Source of the DNA: Bacteriovoracaceae bacterium
GTDB lineage: Bacteria > Bdellovibrionota > Bacteriovoracia > Bacteriovoracales > Bacteriovoracaceae
NCBI GenBank assembly: GCA_041586955.1
Contig: JBFGZE010000052.1
Coordinates: 1-23,195 of the forward strand
DNA length: 23,195 nucleotides
Direction of reading: 5' to 3'
Shown here: piece after piece, positions 1 through 10,000 of the stretch
How positions within the stretch are numbered: position 1 is the first letter of the stretch
Layout of the letters: each line of letters begins with the position of its first letter
Program-made: the position numbers and the translations under genes
Notes under the pieces: model-generated
Told to the model about the DNA's origin: nothing
The model's database searches: none
The model's input: the letters and a program-made list of their open reading frames with translations, nothing else

Positions 1-767
1 GAAAGAGGGTAGAGATGAGAAGTGGTGGGATGATTCTTCAGGACTTTTTGGAAGCTGCCATCATGAAGAGCAAGTCGTAATCCCTTTTCAATTCTTTTGG
101 CCATGGCGCTATTCTTCTTATTCACAAAAAAATACATTGGGATTGTATATTTTAAAATAAGAGTTTTTTCGATCATCAGGTTGGGATATCTCTTTTTGCG
201 ATTGTGAACTTCTCTGACCACTTCTTGAATTGCGCGGGGAAAAAAATCACACCTTTTGGCCTCTACTAATTTAAACAAGGATTCATAAACAGGTGTTCTT
301 AATACTTTAATACCTGCATTTTCTAAAATATCAGAATCTGCCCAATGAGATGCTTGGCAGGCCACAAATTTCTTGAGCTGACTCAGATTTTTGACTTCTG
401 AAAACTGAGGACTCATGTCCTTGTGAATAATAAATAATCGATAACTTAATGTACCCATAGCAAGAGGAATACGGATCGGAAGCAATTGTTTTTCCAGCTC
501 TTTTGATGTCCCCATATGATGGATCGTGATCAAGTTAGTACCTTCTTTTATTTCTAGGACAGATCTTCCCTGGGACAAAACGGTGGAAAGCGTATAGATC
601 GTTTTTTTACCATATTCCTTTTCTGTTTTAGTTAAGGCCAGGCGTAGAAGTTCAAGGAAATACTTATCGCGAGTATCATAAATTGATTCCGGTGGGGGAA
701 CGATAAAATCTTGCGACCAGGAGTTAGAAAAAAATAATAATGTGAATAAAATAATTATTGAGCGCAT
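1..767 (-). CDS. Periplasmic substrate-binding protein (type 2 / family-3-like fold), 3'-truncated by the window edge
   Basis: Not in the ORF track; translated by hand from ATG at 767 (AGGT upstream): MRSIIILFTLLFFSNSWSQDFIVPPPESIYDTRDKYFLELLRLALTKT...LLPIRIPLAMGTLSYRLFII...CQASHWADSDILENAG...LFKLVEAKRCDFFPRAIQEV...PMYFFVNKKNSAMAKRIEKGL...DGSF. Open to position 1 with a Sec signal peptide. The motifs PIRIPL, WxDxxIL, RxDxFPR and YFFV match this orphan SBP family. Confidence 0.85.
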   Translation of the reverse strand, partial: MRSIIILFTLLFFSNSWSQDFIVPPPESIYDTRDKYFLELLRLALTKTEKEYGKKTIYTLSTVLSQGRSVLEIKEGTNLITIHHMGTSKELEKQLLPIRIPLAMGTLSYRLFIIHKDMSPQFSEVKNLSQLKKFVACQASHWADSDILENAGIKVLRTPVYESLFKLVEAKRCDFFPRAIQEVVREVHNRKKRYPNLMIEKTLILKYTIPMYFFVNKKNSAMAKRIEKGLRLALHDGSFQKVLKNHPTTSHLYPL

Positions 768-848
768 GAAAACTTACCTAATTGGAAAGAAAGGAAAACG
801 GGGAGAGGCCATCGAAATATAACCCTCCTGCCTAGCGTCAATCAAGAC

Positions 849-2726
849 TTACATCACTTTAGTGCTGATCGCTCGCCGAATAAAATTCTTTGGAATAGAA
901 GTTTTAGCAACTTTCAAAGGAAACCAATTTCTGACGTCTTCATGAAGACTTAGGCCATGCATATAATTATAAATGGCCTTTCTTAACCCTTCGCCTAATA
1001 AATCATGATCGGTTTCGACTTCATCTTGAAAATAGACTGTGTTTTTGGCGAAGATGCCTTCTTCGGGTGTTGGGATAGGAAAAAGCTCAATGCCGTATTT
1101 CTTGGGATTGAGTCCTACTGGGCTATGAACGGTACATGAAAAACGATGCCAATAGGCCGAGTGGAGGCAATCATTTAAAAATAATTGCCGGACAATTTCT
1201 AAGCTATCAACTGTCTCTTGTACTGATTGTGAAGGAAAGCCATACATCAGGTATGCATGGACATAAATACCATTATCAGAAAAGGCCTTCGTCACTCTCG
1301 CGACCTGTTCAATATTGACGCCTTTGCCAATTAACTTCAAAATCCGAGGACTCGCAACTTCAAGGCCTCCCGTTACGGCAACACAGCCAGCATCGGCCAT
1401 AAGAGGTGCAAGTTGTTCAAATTGACTATCATAGCGAAGATTTCCCCACCACGATATATTCATATTTTTTTCGATCAATTGCTGGGACAATTTTTTAAGA
1501 AGAGCAGGTGGAGCGGCCTCGTCGACAAAGTGGAAGCCAGTTTGCTTAGTCTCTTCGACTAAGCGTTGGATTGATGAAATAAGAGTGTCAATATTACCGG
1601 CCTCGTACCGCCCAATATAATCTAAGCTGACATCACAAAAGGTGCATTTTTTCCAATAGCAACCATGGGCCAAAATCATTTTATTCCAACGAAAATCTGA
1701 CCACATCCGATGCATGGGATTAGGCATTTCCATCATGGGAATATAGCTTTTACAGTCCAGGCCATCATAGGTTGGGCCATTTAAGGATTTAAATTTCACA
1801 TCCTGATTGGGAGACATTGATTTTTGAATAATTCCATCTTCTAAATACCAAGTTCGCAGGAGGTCATGCTTTGAGGTTGTATGGGAGAGATAATCGGTCA
1901 GGCGCTTGAGTGGCAATTCGCCATCATCAAAAATGAGATAATCAATAAATTCAAAAAATCTGGTATCAGAAAGTTCTCTTAATTCTGTATTGACGAATCC
2001 GCCCCCGGCCACCGTTTTAATATGGGGATAATTGATCTTTAAATATTCGGCCGATTTAAGCGCCCCATAAACATTACCAGGGAAAGGCATGGTAAATCCC
2101 ACTAGAGTGGGAGAAAGCTCTGTTATATATTGATCAACACATTCAAGCATGAGCTGGTCAATCAAGGTCGATTTTTTGAGTCCTTGATAAAGATGGGTAA
2201 AAGATACTTGCGAAGAGGCGAGTGATTCTCCGTAACGAGAGAAACCAAAGCGCTCATCAATAGAATTTTGTATAATATCGGCCAAATCATCTAGATAGAG
2301 GCTTGCAAGATATTTGGCCTTGTCTTGAATTCCCATTTCACCAAATAAAGGGCCTATTTCATTTTCGTAATTATCAAGATGCAGGAAACGAGGGCCTTCA
2401 GGGAGAAGCATTCTTTTCGCGATTCTAAGCGCTAGGCTTGGATCTTCTCCTTGAAGATAAGTCACAACTCTTTCAATAGTGCTCGAATAATCTTGAAATG
2501 CTTCAAGAAAGTAATTTTCGACATCGCTTGGGTTGGTCTTATTGGCGATTTCATTTCGAATGAGCCCAAGTCCTTTTTGGCAGAAAAGCTTATGAAAAAG
2601 ATCAAGGCCTAAGTCTCTTTGATCAACATCATGGCCTTGCTCTCTAAGATACTGGGTGAGATAACCCGCTGCTGGATAGGGCGTATTGATCTGGGTCATG
2701 GGTGGAGTGATTAATAATAATTTCAT
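849..2726 (-). CDS. B12-binding-domain radical SAM protein (class B-like), substrate unknown
   Basis: 625 aa. CxxxCxxC motif (GCYWKKCTFC), FHFVDEA, GGLE and HAYLMYGFP core motifs. N-terminal cobalamin-binding-like region (LLITPP...PYPAAGYL; TVAGGGF; DDGE). Confidence 0.92.
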   Translation of the reverse strand: MKLLLITPPMTQINTPYPAAGYLTQYLREQGHDVDQRDLGLDLFHKLFCQKGLGLIRNEIANKTNPSDVENYFLEAFQDYSSTIERVVTYLQGEDPSLALRIAKRMLLPEGPRFLHLDNYENEIGPLFGEMGIQDKAKYLASLYLDDLADIIQNSIDERFGFSRYGESLASSQVSFTHLYQGLKKSTLIDQLMLECVDQYITELSPTLVGFTMPFPGNVYGALKSAEYLKINYPHIKTVAGGGFVNTELRELSDTRFFEFIDYLIFDDGELPLKRLTDYLSHTTSKHDLLRTWYLEDGIIQKSMSPNQDVKFKSLNGPTYDGLDCKSYIPMMEMPNPMHRMWSDFRWNKMILAHGCYWKKCTFCDVSLDYIGRYEAGNIDTLISSIQRLVEETKQTGFHFVDEAAPPALLKKLSQQLIEKNMNISWWGNLRYDSQFEQLAPLMADAGCVAVTGGLEVASPRILKLIGKGVNIEQVARVTKAFSDNGIYVHAYLMYGFPSQSVQETVDSLEIVRQLFLNDCLHSAYWHRFSCTVHSPVGLNPKKYGIELFPIPTPEEGIFAKNTVYFQDEVETDHDLLGEGLRKAIYNYMHGLSLHEDVRNWFPLKVAKTSIPKNFIRRAISTKVM

Positions 2727-2767
2727 GGAGCTATTATTACGTTATGTTTGGCCTTCTCGCCACTCTC

Positions 2768-2794
2768 TTATCGGTTTTTACATGAAATGATGAG
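2768..2794 (-). promoter_or_regulatory. Possible sigma28 (FliA)-type promoter for the radical SAM gene
   Basis: Minus strand CTCA-N15-ACCGATAA. The -10 (2768-2775) matches GCCGATAA at 7/8 and lies 41 nt upstream of the ATG; the -35 is weak. Confidence 0.4.
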
Positions 2795-2819
2795 GTCCGC
2801 TAGTGGAAAAATCAAGGCC

Positions 2820-5138
2820 TTAGCACTCCTCGCTTTGACCTTCATAATTAATAACGACAAGAGTAACATCGTCGTGTAGAGGTTCGTCCGTTATAAACTT
2901 GTTAAAATCATCCATTATTCCCTCTTTTAATTGGTCAGGCCCTTTATGAGCGTGGCGGATGATAGAGCGGAAAAATTTACGTTCACCATATTCGTTGTCC
3001 GCGCCAAGAGATTTACCTTCTGGTATTCCATCTGTATAGAGGATGATATGATCCTCTGGTTTAATGGTGACAGATTCTTGCTCATATTCTGCATGATGAG
3101 ATTGGCCGAGCCTTGGGCCAGGTTTACAGTCTAGTACCCGAAGATTGTCTTTAAGACCTTTTTCTCCGCGGGAATTGATTTCCGGCATGTCATACCAATA
3201 AATGGGGTCGTGGCTAGCGGAAGCAAAATCAACTTGTCCTGACTTTTTATCAATAATCCCTAAGAAGAAAGTCATAAGAACATTTCCCCGAGAGGATTCG
3301 AAGATAACTTGATTAAGATGTGAGAGCATCTCGCCAGGAGAGCTCATTTGTTCCGGCCCTCTTTTTGCCATAATTTCAATCATGGTAAATGCTGCCTTAG
3401 AGGCGGCCGTAATAAGAGCAGCGGGAACGCCGTGCCCGGTAGCATCAGCGATAGCAAACATGATTTTATCCTCACCAATAGGAATGATACCCCACCAATC
3501 ACCACCACATTCGCTAGCAGGAGTATAATAACTTGAGATGGCAAGACTTGGAAAATGAATATCAGGATGCGGAAACATGGTATCTTGAACCAATTTTGCC
3601 GTTTCCAATTCTTTTTCCATACGTGCTTTGTCTGCTGTCTCTTTGAGTAATTCAATATTGACGTAGGTGAAAGCAATGCTATTAGCAATTGTTTCTGAAA
3701 TATAAATTTCCTCATCTTTCATCATACGATCTTTTGATTGAGGGGAAAGAATGATCGTTCCCACTTTTTGATGACCGGATAAAATAGGGATGATAAAAAG
3801 GTTATATTGATGGAATTGAAGCGATGTTGTTGTATTTTGTTTTAGAACTTCGTGTAGAAGTTCCTTATCTTTTTCAATGGGATCTTGATCCCATCCCTTA
3901 TAATAAATATTATTAGTTAATTCAAAGTGATCCTTTTCTTCGCCAATAATCATTGCACCGCTATCAATAGTTAAAATTTCTAAAAAGGCGTGAAGAGAAT
4001 TATCCATAAGACTCTTTATATTCAGATCAGAACTGATGGCATGAGAGGACTTATTCAATTTATCAAGACTCTCAATTTTATGCTTGATGTTTTTAATCAT
4101 AAGATTAAAGGAAGTTGCCAATGTTTTGATCTCATCATTGGTTTTGATATCAAGATGAACATCAAAATCACCTTTTGAAATTTTAATGGCGGCCAAATTG
4201 AGTTGTTCTAGAGGTCCAATGATTTTTTGAATAAAAAGATAGGCGACGATAAAAGAAAGGGCCAATACTAAAGCGGTAATGAGTAAGGACCTCCTGGCCA
4301 GTCGTTCACCTGTTTCAAAGGCCACATCTTTTTTGACTTGGCCTAGAACCGCTAAATCATAAATACCTAGTTTTGAGTAGGATCCAAGGACATCAACGCC
4401 ATCGACTTGGTATTCTTGAAATTCTCTCGACAAGGAATTTTTAGTAATTTTTTGAATGAGAGGATTGTCCTTAAAGCTTTTTAAATTAATGTCATTTTGA
4501 GTTGTTTTAAAGATCTTACCCATTTTGTTGACGATATAAAGTTCATAAACACCAAGGTCTTCAAAAAAGACATCCATAAAGTTTTTCTTTATGTATACAG
4601 ACAGAAAGGAACGTTGATTACTTTGCTCACCAAATGGCAAAAGGATGATATAAAATGAGTCATTTTTATTAAAGGTCGGGCGATTTGGAATATCGTCGTT
4701 GATCGGCATTTTTTCGGCAGCGATTATTTCGGAAAGCTTTTTAAAATCTTTGTCTTTTTCGTTGAGATTATTCCAATGTTTTTTTACGGTAAAAAATAAT
4801 GGATCAGTGATTTCTTCCTTTAGGAGTTTGATGGAGAGAATATCTGAGTTTTCTTTGAATGGGGTAAGCAAAGCGTTAAGATCATGCCCTTTTGATTCAT
4901 TTTTTGATTGAAGCTTTAAAATATTACCAATAAGAACAGATTTTTGTGTGATTTCATTAAGATAAGATTTGATTTCTTTTGATTTACCGTAGGTGATGAG
5001 ATCTGTTGCAAAGTAGATATTGTTAAGATTATCTTGATTAAAAAGCTTAATAGCATTGTAAACGACTAGACTAATCGAAATAGTCATTGCGAGAAGCAAT
5101 AAGCTTATGAACTTTGTTCCAATGGTTTTATTCAACAT
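2820..5138 (-). CDS. Membrane-bound SpoIIE/RsbU-family PP2C Ser/Thr phosphatase (TM-periplasmic Cache-like sensor-TM-HAMP-GAF-PP2C)
   Basis: 772 aa. Two TM helices flank about 250 aa of periplasmic domain. HAMP (GPLEQL...ISKGDF...DEIKTLATSFNLM), GAF-like segment, RMEKELETAKLVQ helix, and PP2C motifs GGDWW, IADATGHGVPAAL, LYTDGIPE, HDDVTLVV. Confidence 0.93.
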   Translation of the reverse strand: MLNKTIGTKFISLLLLAMTISISLVVYNAIKLFNQDNLNNIYFATDLITYGKSKEIKSYLNEITQKSVLIGNILKLQSKNESKGHDLNALLTPFKENSDILSIKLLKEEITDPLFFTVKKHWNNLNEKDKDFKKLSEIIAAEKMPINDDIPNRPTFNKNDSFYIILLPFGEQSNQRSFLSVYIKKNFMDVFFEDLGVYELYIVNKMGKIFKTTQNDINLKSFKDNPLIQKITKNSLSREFQEYQVDGVDVLGSYSKLGIYDLAVLGQVKKDVAFETGERLARRSLLITALVLALSFIVAYLFIQKIIGPLEQLNLAAIKISKGDFDVHLDIKTNDEIKTLATSFNLMIKNIKHKIESLDKLNKSSHAISSDLNIKSLMDNSLHAFLEILTIDSGAMIIGEEKDHFELTNNIYYKGWDQDPIEKDKELLHEVLKQNTTTSLQFHQYNLFIIPILSGHQKVGTIILSPQSKDRMMKDEEIYISETIANSIAFTYVNIELLKETADKARMEKELETAKLVQDTMFPHPDIHFPSLAISSYYTPASECGGDWWGIIPIGEDKIMFAIADATGHGVPAALITAASKAAFTMIEIMAKRGPEQMSSPGEMLSHLNQVIFESSRGNVLMTFFLGIIDKKSGQVDFASASHDPIYWYDMPEINSRGEKGLKDNLRVLDCKPGPRLGQSHHAEYEQESVTIKPEDHIILYTDGIPEGKSLGADNEYGERKFFRSIIRHAHKGPDQLKEGIMDDFNKFITDEPLHDDVTLVVINYEGQSEEC

Positions 5139-5167
5139 TTATTTATTATAAAATCGAAGCTAAATAT
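5139..5167. promoter_or_regulatory. 29-bp divergent intergenic region with a perfect TATAAT on the minus strand 6 nt before the PP2C start codon (leaderless-type promoter)
   Basis: Minus strand reads TATAAT (5150-5145) AAATAA ATG (5138). Overlapping TATAAAAT on the plus strand. No Shine-Dalgarno for either gene. Confidence 0.5.
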
Positions 5168-7057
5168 ATGGAAGCAATTTATAAAAAGCATATTACCTTT
5201 CTATCTCTACCCACTATCATCGCCATCGTGTCTTCTGTTCTATTGATTTTAGAATTTAGTCAAGATAAACAAAATCAAGCTAGTGATGCTCTTGTTCTTG
5301 CTACGACAGAAGTCATAATAGGAGATGTTAAAAGAAAAATTAATAAAAGGTTTTCCTGGGATGCTATTGCCTATGATAATGACCTTTTTGAGAATGATCT
5401 TATCAGAACAGTAAAAAACTCTAGAGTTCGCATCAAGTTTAAAGACGGAAGTGTGATTGAAATGGGTGAGAATTCTCTTATTTCTATATCTAAATCTGAA
5501 GAAAGCTTATCCATTAATTTTATAAAAGGCGACCTCGAAGCTAAGGTATCAAAGTCGAAAATAAATATTAAGTCAAAGGATGTGCATTTTAATATCGATT
5601 CGTCAGATGCAAAAGTACAAATAAAAGCAGACGGAACTGGTCAGGCCAAAGTTAAAGTAGAAAATGGCACGGCAAATCTTGTTTTAAACGGCAAGAAATT
5701 AAGTGTTGAACAGGGACAATTGGCCACCATTAATGAAAATCAGGCCATTGATGTGAAAGATATTGCTCTTACGACAGTGTTTCCAGTTGAAAAAGACTAT
5801 CATTTTTCCAGAAAAGAAATTAATAAGATTAATTTTAAGTGGGAAATTGTAAAACTTAAAAATAAAAAGACAGCTCAATTAATTATTGAAAAAAAGTCAA
5901 AAAAAACGTTTAAGAGATTTCTCACTAAAGATATTCAAATCGCAGATAAAAATTATGAAGCGACACTGGGCCCAGGGCAATACCGCTGGTATATGGCAAT
6001 AGATAACCAAAAAGTGACTGACAAAGTGTCGTTTTCCTTAGCGGCAAAAATACCCATTGAGCTATTAAGTCCGTCAAAAAATTTTACTCGGGCAATTGAT
6101 CCCTTTAGAGAAGAGGATCTTGAGATTAAATGGAATGGTCCAGAGTATCTCTATGTTTACCGATATGAAGTGGCAAAAGACAGAGCGTTTAAAAATGTTC
6201 TGATCAAAAAATTGATTAAGCGAAATGAGAAAGTTTATATCAATATGAACCATCTTTATGATAATTACTTAAAGTCAACCAATATTGACTCGTTGTTTTT
6301 TCGCATCGTCGGTGAAAAACCTTTGCAGCCTTTGACACAATATAGTTCCAATATAATGGGTCATTTTAGTTCCATTAAAAAAATTAACCTTAAAGGGCCG
6401 CTCAACGAAAGAAGAAGAGATCTTTATCTTACTAATAATGCTAATGTGAATTTTACTTGGGATAAAGTTTCTGGAGCAAAAAGCTATAAAGTGATAAGTG
6501 CAAAGGATGAAAACTTCTTTCAAGAACTGGCACAGCATGAAACAGATTCAAATCAATTAAACTTAACCATCACAAGGCCTCGAAGTTATTATTGGAAAGT
6601 TGAAGGCCTTGATCAAGAAGGGCGGTTGCTAGGCCGCTCTCAAGTATTTCTTTTTGATGCCTTTTCGTCGTTGGTTTTAAATAAGATGGAGGTTCATGCG
6701 CCAGCTGATAAATTGGTTCGAAAATCGATAACACCTAAAGATTTTAATTTATTGTTTGAATGGGCGCCAGACCCCAAGGCCCAAGAATATGTGCTTATGA
6801 TTAGGCCTTTTGATTCCCAATCTCAGCAGCAAACCTTTATAAAAACATTAAAAGATAATCGTTTTGAACTTATTGAATGGCCTGCAGGAAAGTATATCTG
6901 GTCGGTTAAATCTCGTGGGTCGTTTAATGTTGAAAGCGAAAGTTCAAAGGAGAGAGTCTTTACCGTCGATCGTTCCGATCAATTACTCCAAGCTCCGAAA
7001 CTAAAGACTTTTAAATTGATCAAGAAAAATAATAAAAGGTCTAAGAAAAAGCTCTAA
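5168..7057 (+). CDS. FecR-domain protein with N-terminal membrane anchor and several FN3/Ig-like domains
   Basis: ATG at 5168 (MEAIYKK) is preferred over the track's TTG at 5114, which overlaps the divergent gene. One TM helix; FecR signature (GDVKRK...W...LFENDLIRT...SRVRIKFKDGSVIEMGENSLI...VKVENGTA); repeated FN3-like motifs (FKWE...PGQYRWYM; FTWDKV...SYYWKVEG; FEWAP...GKYIWSVKS). Confidence 0.88.
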   Translation: MEAIYKKHITFLSLPTIIAIVSSVLLILEFSQDKQNQASDALVLATTEVIIGDVKRKINKRFSWDAIAYDNDLFENDLIRTVKNSRVRIKFKDGSVIEMGENSLISISKSEESLSINFIKGDLEAKVSKSKINIKSKDVHFNIDSSDAKVQIKADGTGQAKVKVENGTANLVLNGKKLSVEQGQLATINENQAIDVKDIALTTVFPVEKDYHFSRKEINKINFKWEIVKLKNKKTAQLIIEKKSKKTFKRFLTKDIQIADKNYEATLGPGQYRWYMAIDNQKVTDKVSFSLAAKIPIELLSPSKNFTRAIDPFREEDLEIKWNGPEYLYVYRYEVAKDRAFKNVLIKKLIKRNEKVYINMNHLYDNYLKSTNIDSLFFRIVGEKPLQPLTQYSSNIMGHFSSIKKINLKGPLNERRRDLYLTNNANVNFTWDKVSGAKSYKVISAKDENFFQELAQHETDSNQLNLTITRPRSYYWKVEGLDQEGRLLGRSQVFLFDAFSSLVLNKMEVHAPADKLVRKSITPKDFNLLFEWAPDPKAQEYVLMIRPFDSQSQQQTFIKTLKDNRFELIEWPAGKYIWSVKSRGSFNVESESSKERVFTVDRSDQLLQAPKLKTFKLIKKNNKRSKKKL

Positions 7058-10000
7058 TTCTTTTAAAACATTTCTTGAAACTTATAAATAAGATAAGTAA
7101 ACCAGGTGTCGAATTAAAAAAGAAGTTAAGTATTTTTTCCCAGAAAGATAATGGTCTTTCATCAAAGGGGGATGCAAAGGCCGAACAACCTCCGCCTCCT
7201 GTGCCTCCAGGAATAACTTTGACAATATCACCATTACTGCTTGGATTAAATCCAAAGACACTTTCAACTTGATCATCAACACCATCATTATCGGTGTCAC
7301 GATTATTAGGATTAAGGCCTCGGCCAATTTCTTCAGCATTACTAATCCCATCGCCATCATTATCAATTGTGGCATCAGAGCTATCATATGGGTTGAGTCC
7401 ATAAGCAATCTCATCAGCATTGCTTATTCCATCGCCATCATAATCATTACTATTGGCGACTGTCAGCGCGAAGTTTTGATCAACGGATCCACCATGATTA
7501 TCAGATGCCCTGACAGTAATGTTTGAGATACCCACTTGGATGATTGTAGGGGTCCAAGAAATAATACCATTTGAGGGATTAATGCTCATTCCTGTCGGAG
7601 AGGCCATTAAGGAATAGGTGATACTTGTATTGATATTGGGATCATTGATATTCACATCATAAGTCCAAGGTAATAAAACATTTAAGTTGGTATTGGGACT
7701 TGTTGAAATGATTGGGGCAGTGTTATTAAGAGTGATTTGATTAGCAGAAAATAGATGAACGTCACTATTGACTGCGCTTTCTAATTTCGCACAAATAAAA
7801 TAAGCTCCTGGTGCGATATCGGATGCACTTATCGTAAGGGAGTCAGAAGCACCATCTGCTAGGCCACTTATTCCTGACATTATTAAGGTTGCATTGGTGT
7901 CGCAATTTCCAGTATTGACCGTTTTAGCATAAATGGAAATATTAAAACTATCATTTTCATTATCTTGATCGGTCCAAGTGACAGTAAAGGTACTAGGATC
8001 AGAGAAAGAATCCCCGACCCCATTTGGTTCGATAAAATTAATCTGGGGAGCAACATTATTACTAATAAAGGAATTGCTATTAGTGTTCATGCTAATGGTT
8101 CCCCCTGTCCCCGTTGTGTCAATTTTGGTCGCCGTTAATTGGTAATTGATACCACTGGCAGTCAAGTGAACATTTTCACCGGTAAAATCGACTATTCCGG
8201 CAGTTAAATTTTTAGATACATTTCCAGCGAGGGCGCCAGGTCCTGAGAGTAGAGTTAAATTAATGGTTGTCGTCGAATCAACTCCAGATGTGATGGTATT
8301 ACCATAAGCATCAATAATTTTGGCAGATATGGGAATTTCAGTATTAGCATTGGTATCATTGGGTTGGTTGACAATGACCACGGCCGATGCCGGTCCATGA
8401 GTAATACTAAAACTACTACTCGTTTTATTAAAACTATTTGTTCCGCCTGAACCAGAAGTATCGGCTTTTGTTGCCGTAATGGTTTTGGCACCAACCAAGT
8501 CGATATAAACGCCTTGGCCAGTAAAGTCCACCACTCCGGCAATTGCATTGATGGCCATTGTTCCGGCCAATGTTCCTGTTCCTGATTGTAGAGTTAAGGT
8601 CGTAAGGGCCGTCGCATCACTGCCGGTCGTAACGACATTACCGAAACTATCTTGGATTTCTATGAGTGGATTAATCTCAGCACCTGCGAGAGAATTCACT
8701 GGTTGATTGATGTATGTTAGTTTATTGGCAATGGCATGGGTTATATTAAAACTTGCTGAAATAGCGGCCATACTTGCTGTTCCACCTGAACCGGTGGTAT
8801 CTGACTTCGTGGCGGTAATGTTTTTGGCGCCAATGAGATCGATATTGACTCCAAGTCCTGTGAAATCAGCGATACCGGCCACAGCATTACTAGCAATAGT
8901 TCCTAAAAGGCTCCCTGTTCCGCTCGTTAAAGTGAGTGTAATGAGTGCTGTCGAGTCAATTCCTGTTGTGACAGTATTACCAAAGGTGTCGAGAATTTTA
9001 ACAACCGAAGCTATTTCTTCCCCGGCCACTGTATTACTAGGCCCCGTTGTAAAATTAACTGAGGTCGCTGTGCCAAAATTAATGGTAAAACTTGCCGAGG
9101 TATCATTCATACTGGCGGTGCCACCTGAGCCGGTGGTATCGGCCTTGGTGGCGGTAATGGTTTTGGCGCCAATCAAATCAATATTGACTCCCTTCCCAGT
9201 AAAGTCAGCAACACCGGCCACGGCATTCATGGATACGGTTCCGGCAATGGTGCCCGTGCCAGTGGCAAGAGTGAGTGTTATTTGCGCGGTGGCATCAGCA
9301 CCTGTTGTAACGGTATTGCCAAAGGCGTCCAGAATAGTAATCACAGGGGCAATCTCGTCACCAGCATCGGTATTAGCGGGTTCAGTCGTAAAGTCAATTG
9401 TGGAGGCGGAATTGTGGACAATGGTAAAACTTGCCGAGGTATCATTCATACTGGCGGTGCCACCTGAGCCGGTGGTATCGGCCTTGGTGGCGGTAATGGT
9501 TTTGGCGCCTATCAAATCAATATGAACTCCCTTTCCAGTAAAGTCCGCGACACCGGCCACGGCATTCATAGATACCGTGCCGGCAATGGCGCCCGTGCCA
9601 GTGGCAAGAGAGAGCGTTATTTGCGCGGTGGCATCAGGTCCTGTTGTAACGGTATTGCCAAAGGCGTCCAGAATAGTAATCACGGGAGCAATTTCATCAT
9701 TAGCGGTTGAATTACTAGGCTCCACAGTGAAATCGATATGGTCAGCTAAGTCTAATCCTGTGCCGGAGATTGCCTTATCCGAATCAACCGTGATCGTTCC
9801 GTTATGATAATTTGATCGAAATGTGTCTGCATGTACTCCATCGGTTATTGGGTTAAAACTTATATCCACAGTACAGCTGACTAAGAAGGAGAGACTTGTT
9901 CCACAGGTGGTTGACGAAATATTATAATTGGTCCCAGTTAAAAGAGACCTGGTAAAACTAGTTGCGTTATTGGTTCCATTATTAATAATCGTTAGTGTTT

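Noticed and set aside
5114..5167. Track start (TTG 5114) for the FecR gene
   Set aside because: It overlaps the divergent PP2C start; ATG 5168 gives a normal short N-terminus before the TM helix.
9081..9683. Long direct repeat considered as CRISPR, DGR template/variable repeat or IS ends
   Set aside because: The period is exactly 339 bp and in frame inside a CDS. Mismatches are not adenine-specific, and there are no spacers, reverse transcriptase, cas or transposase genes.
8707..9807. Plus-strand ORFs of 272 aa, 76 aa and smaller across the repeat array
   Set aside because: Antisense shadows of the Thr/Gly/Ala-rich repeat coding frame; no independent motifs or SD.
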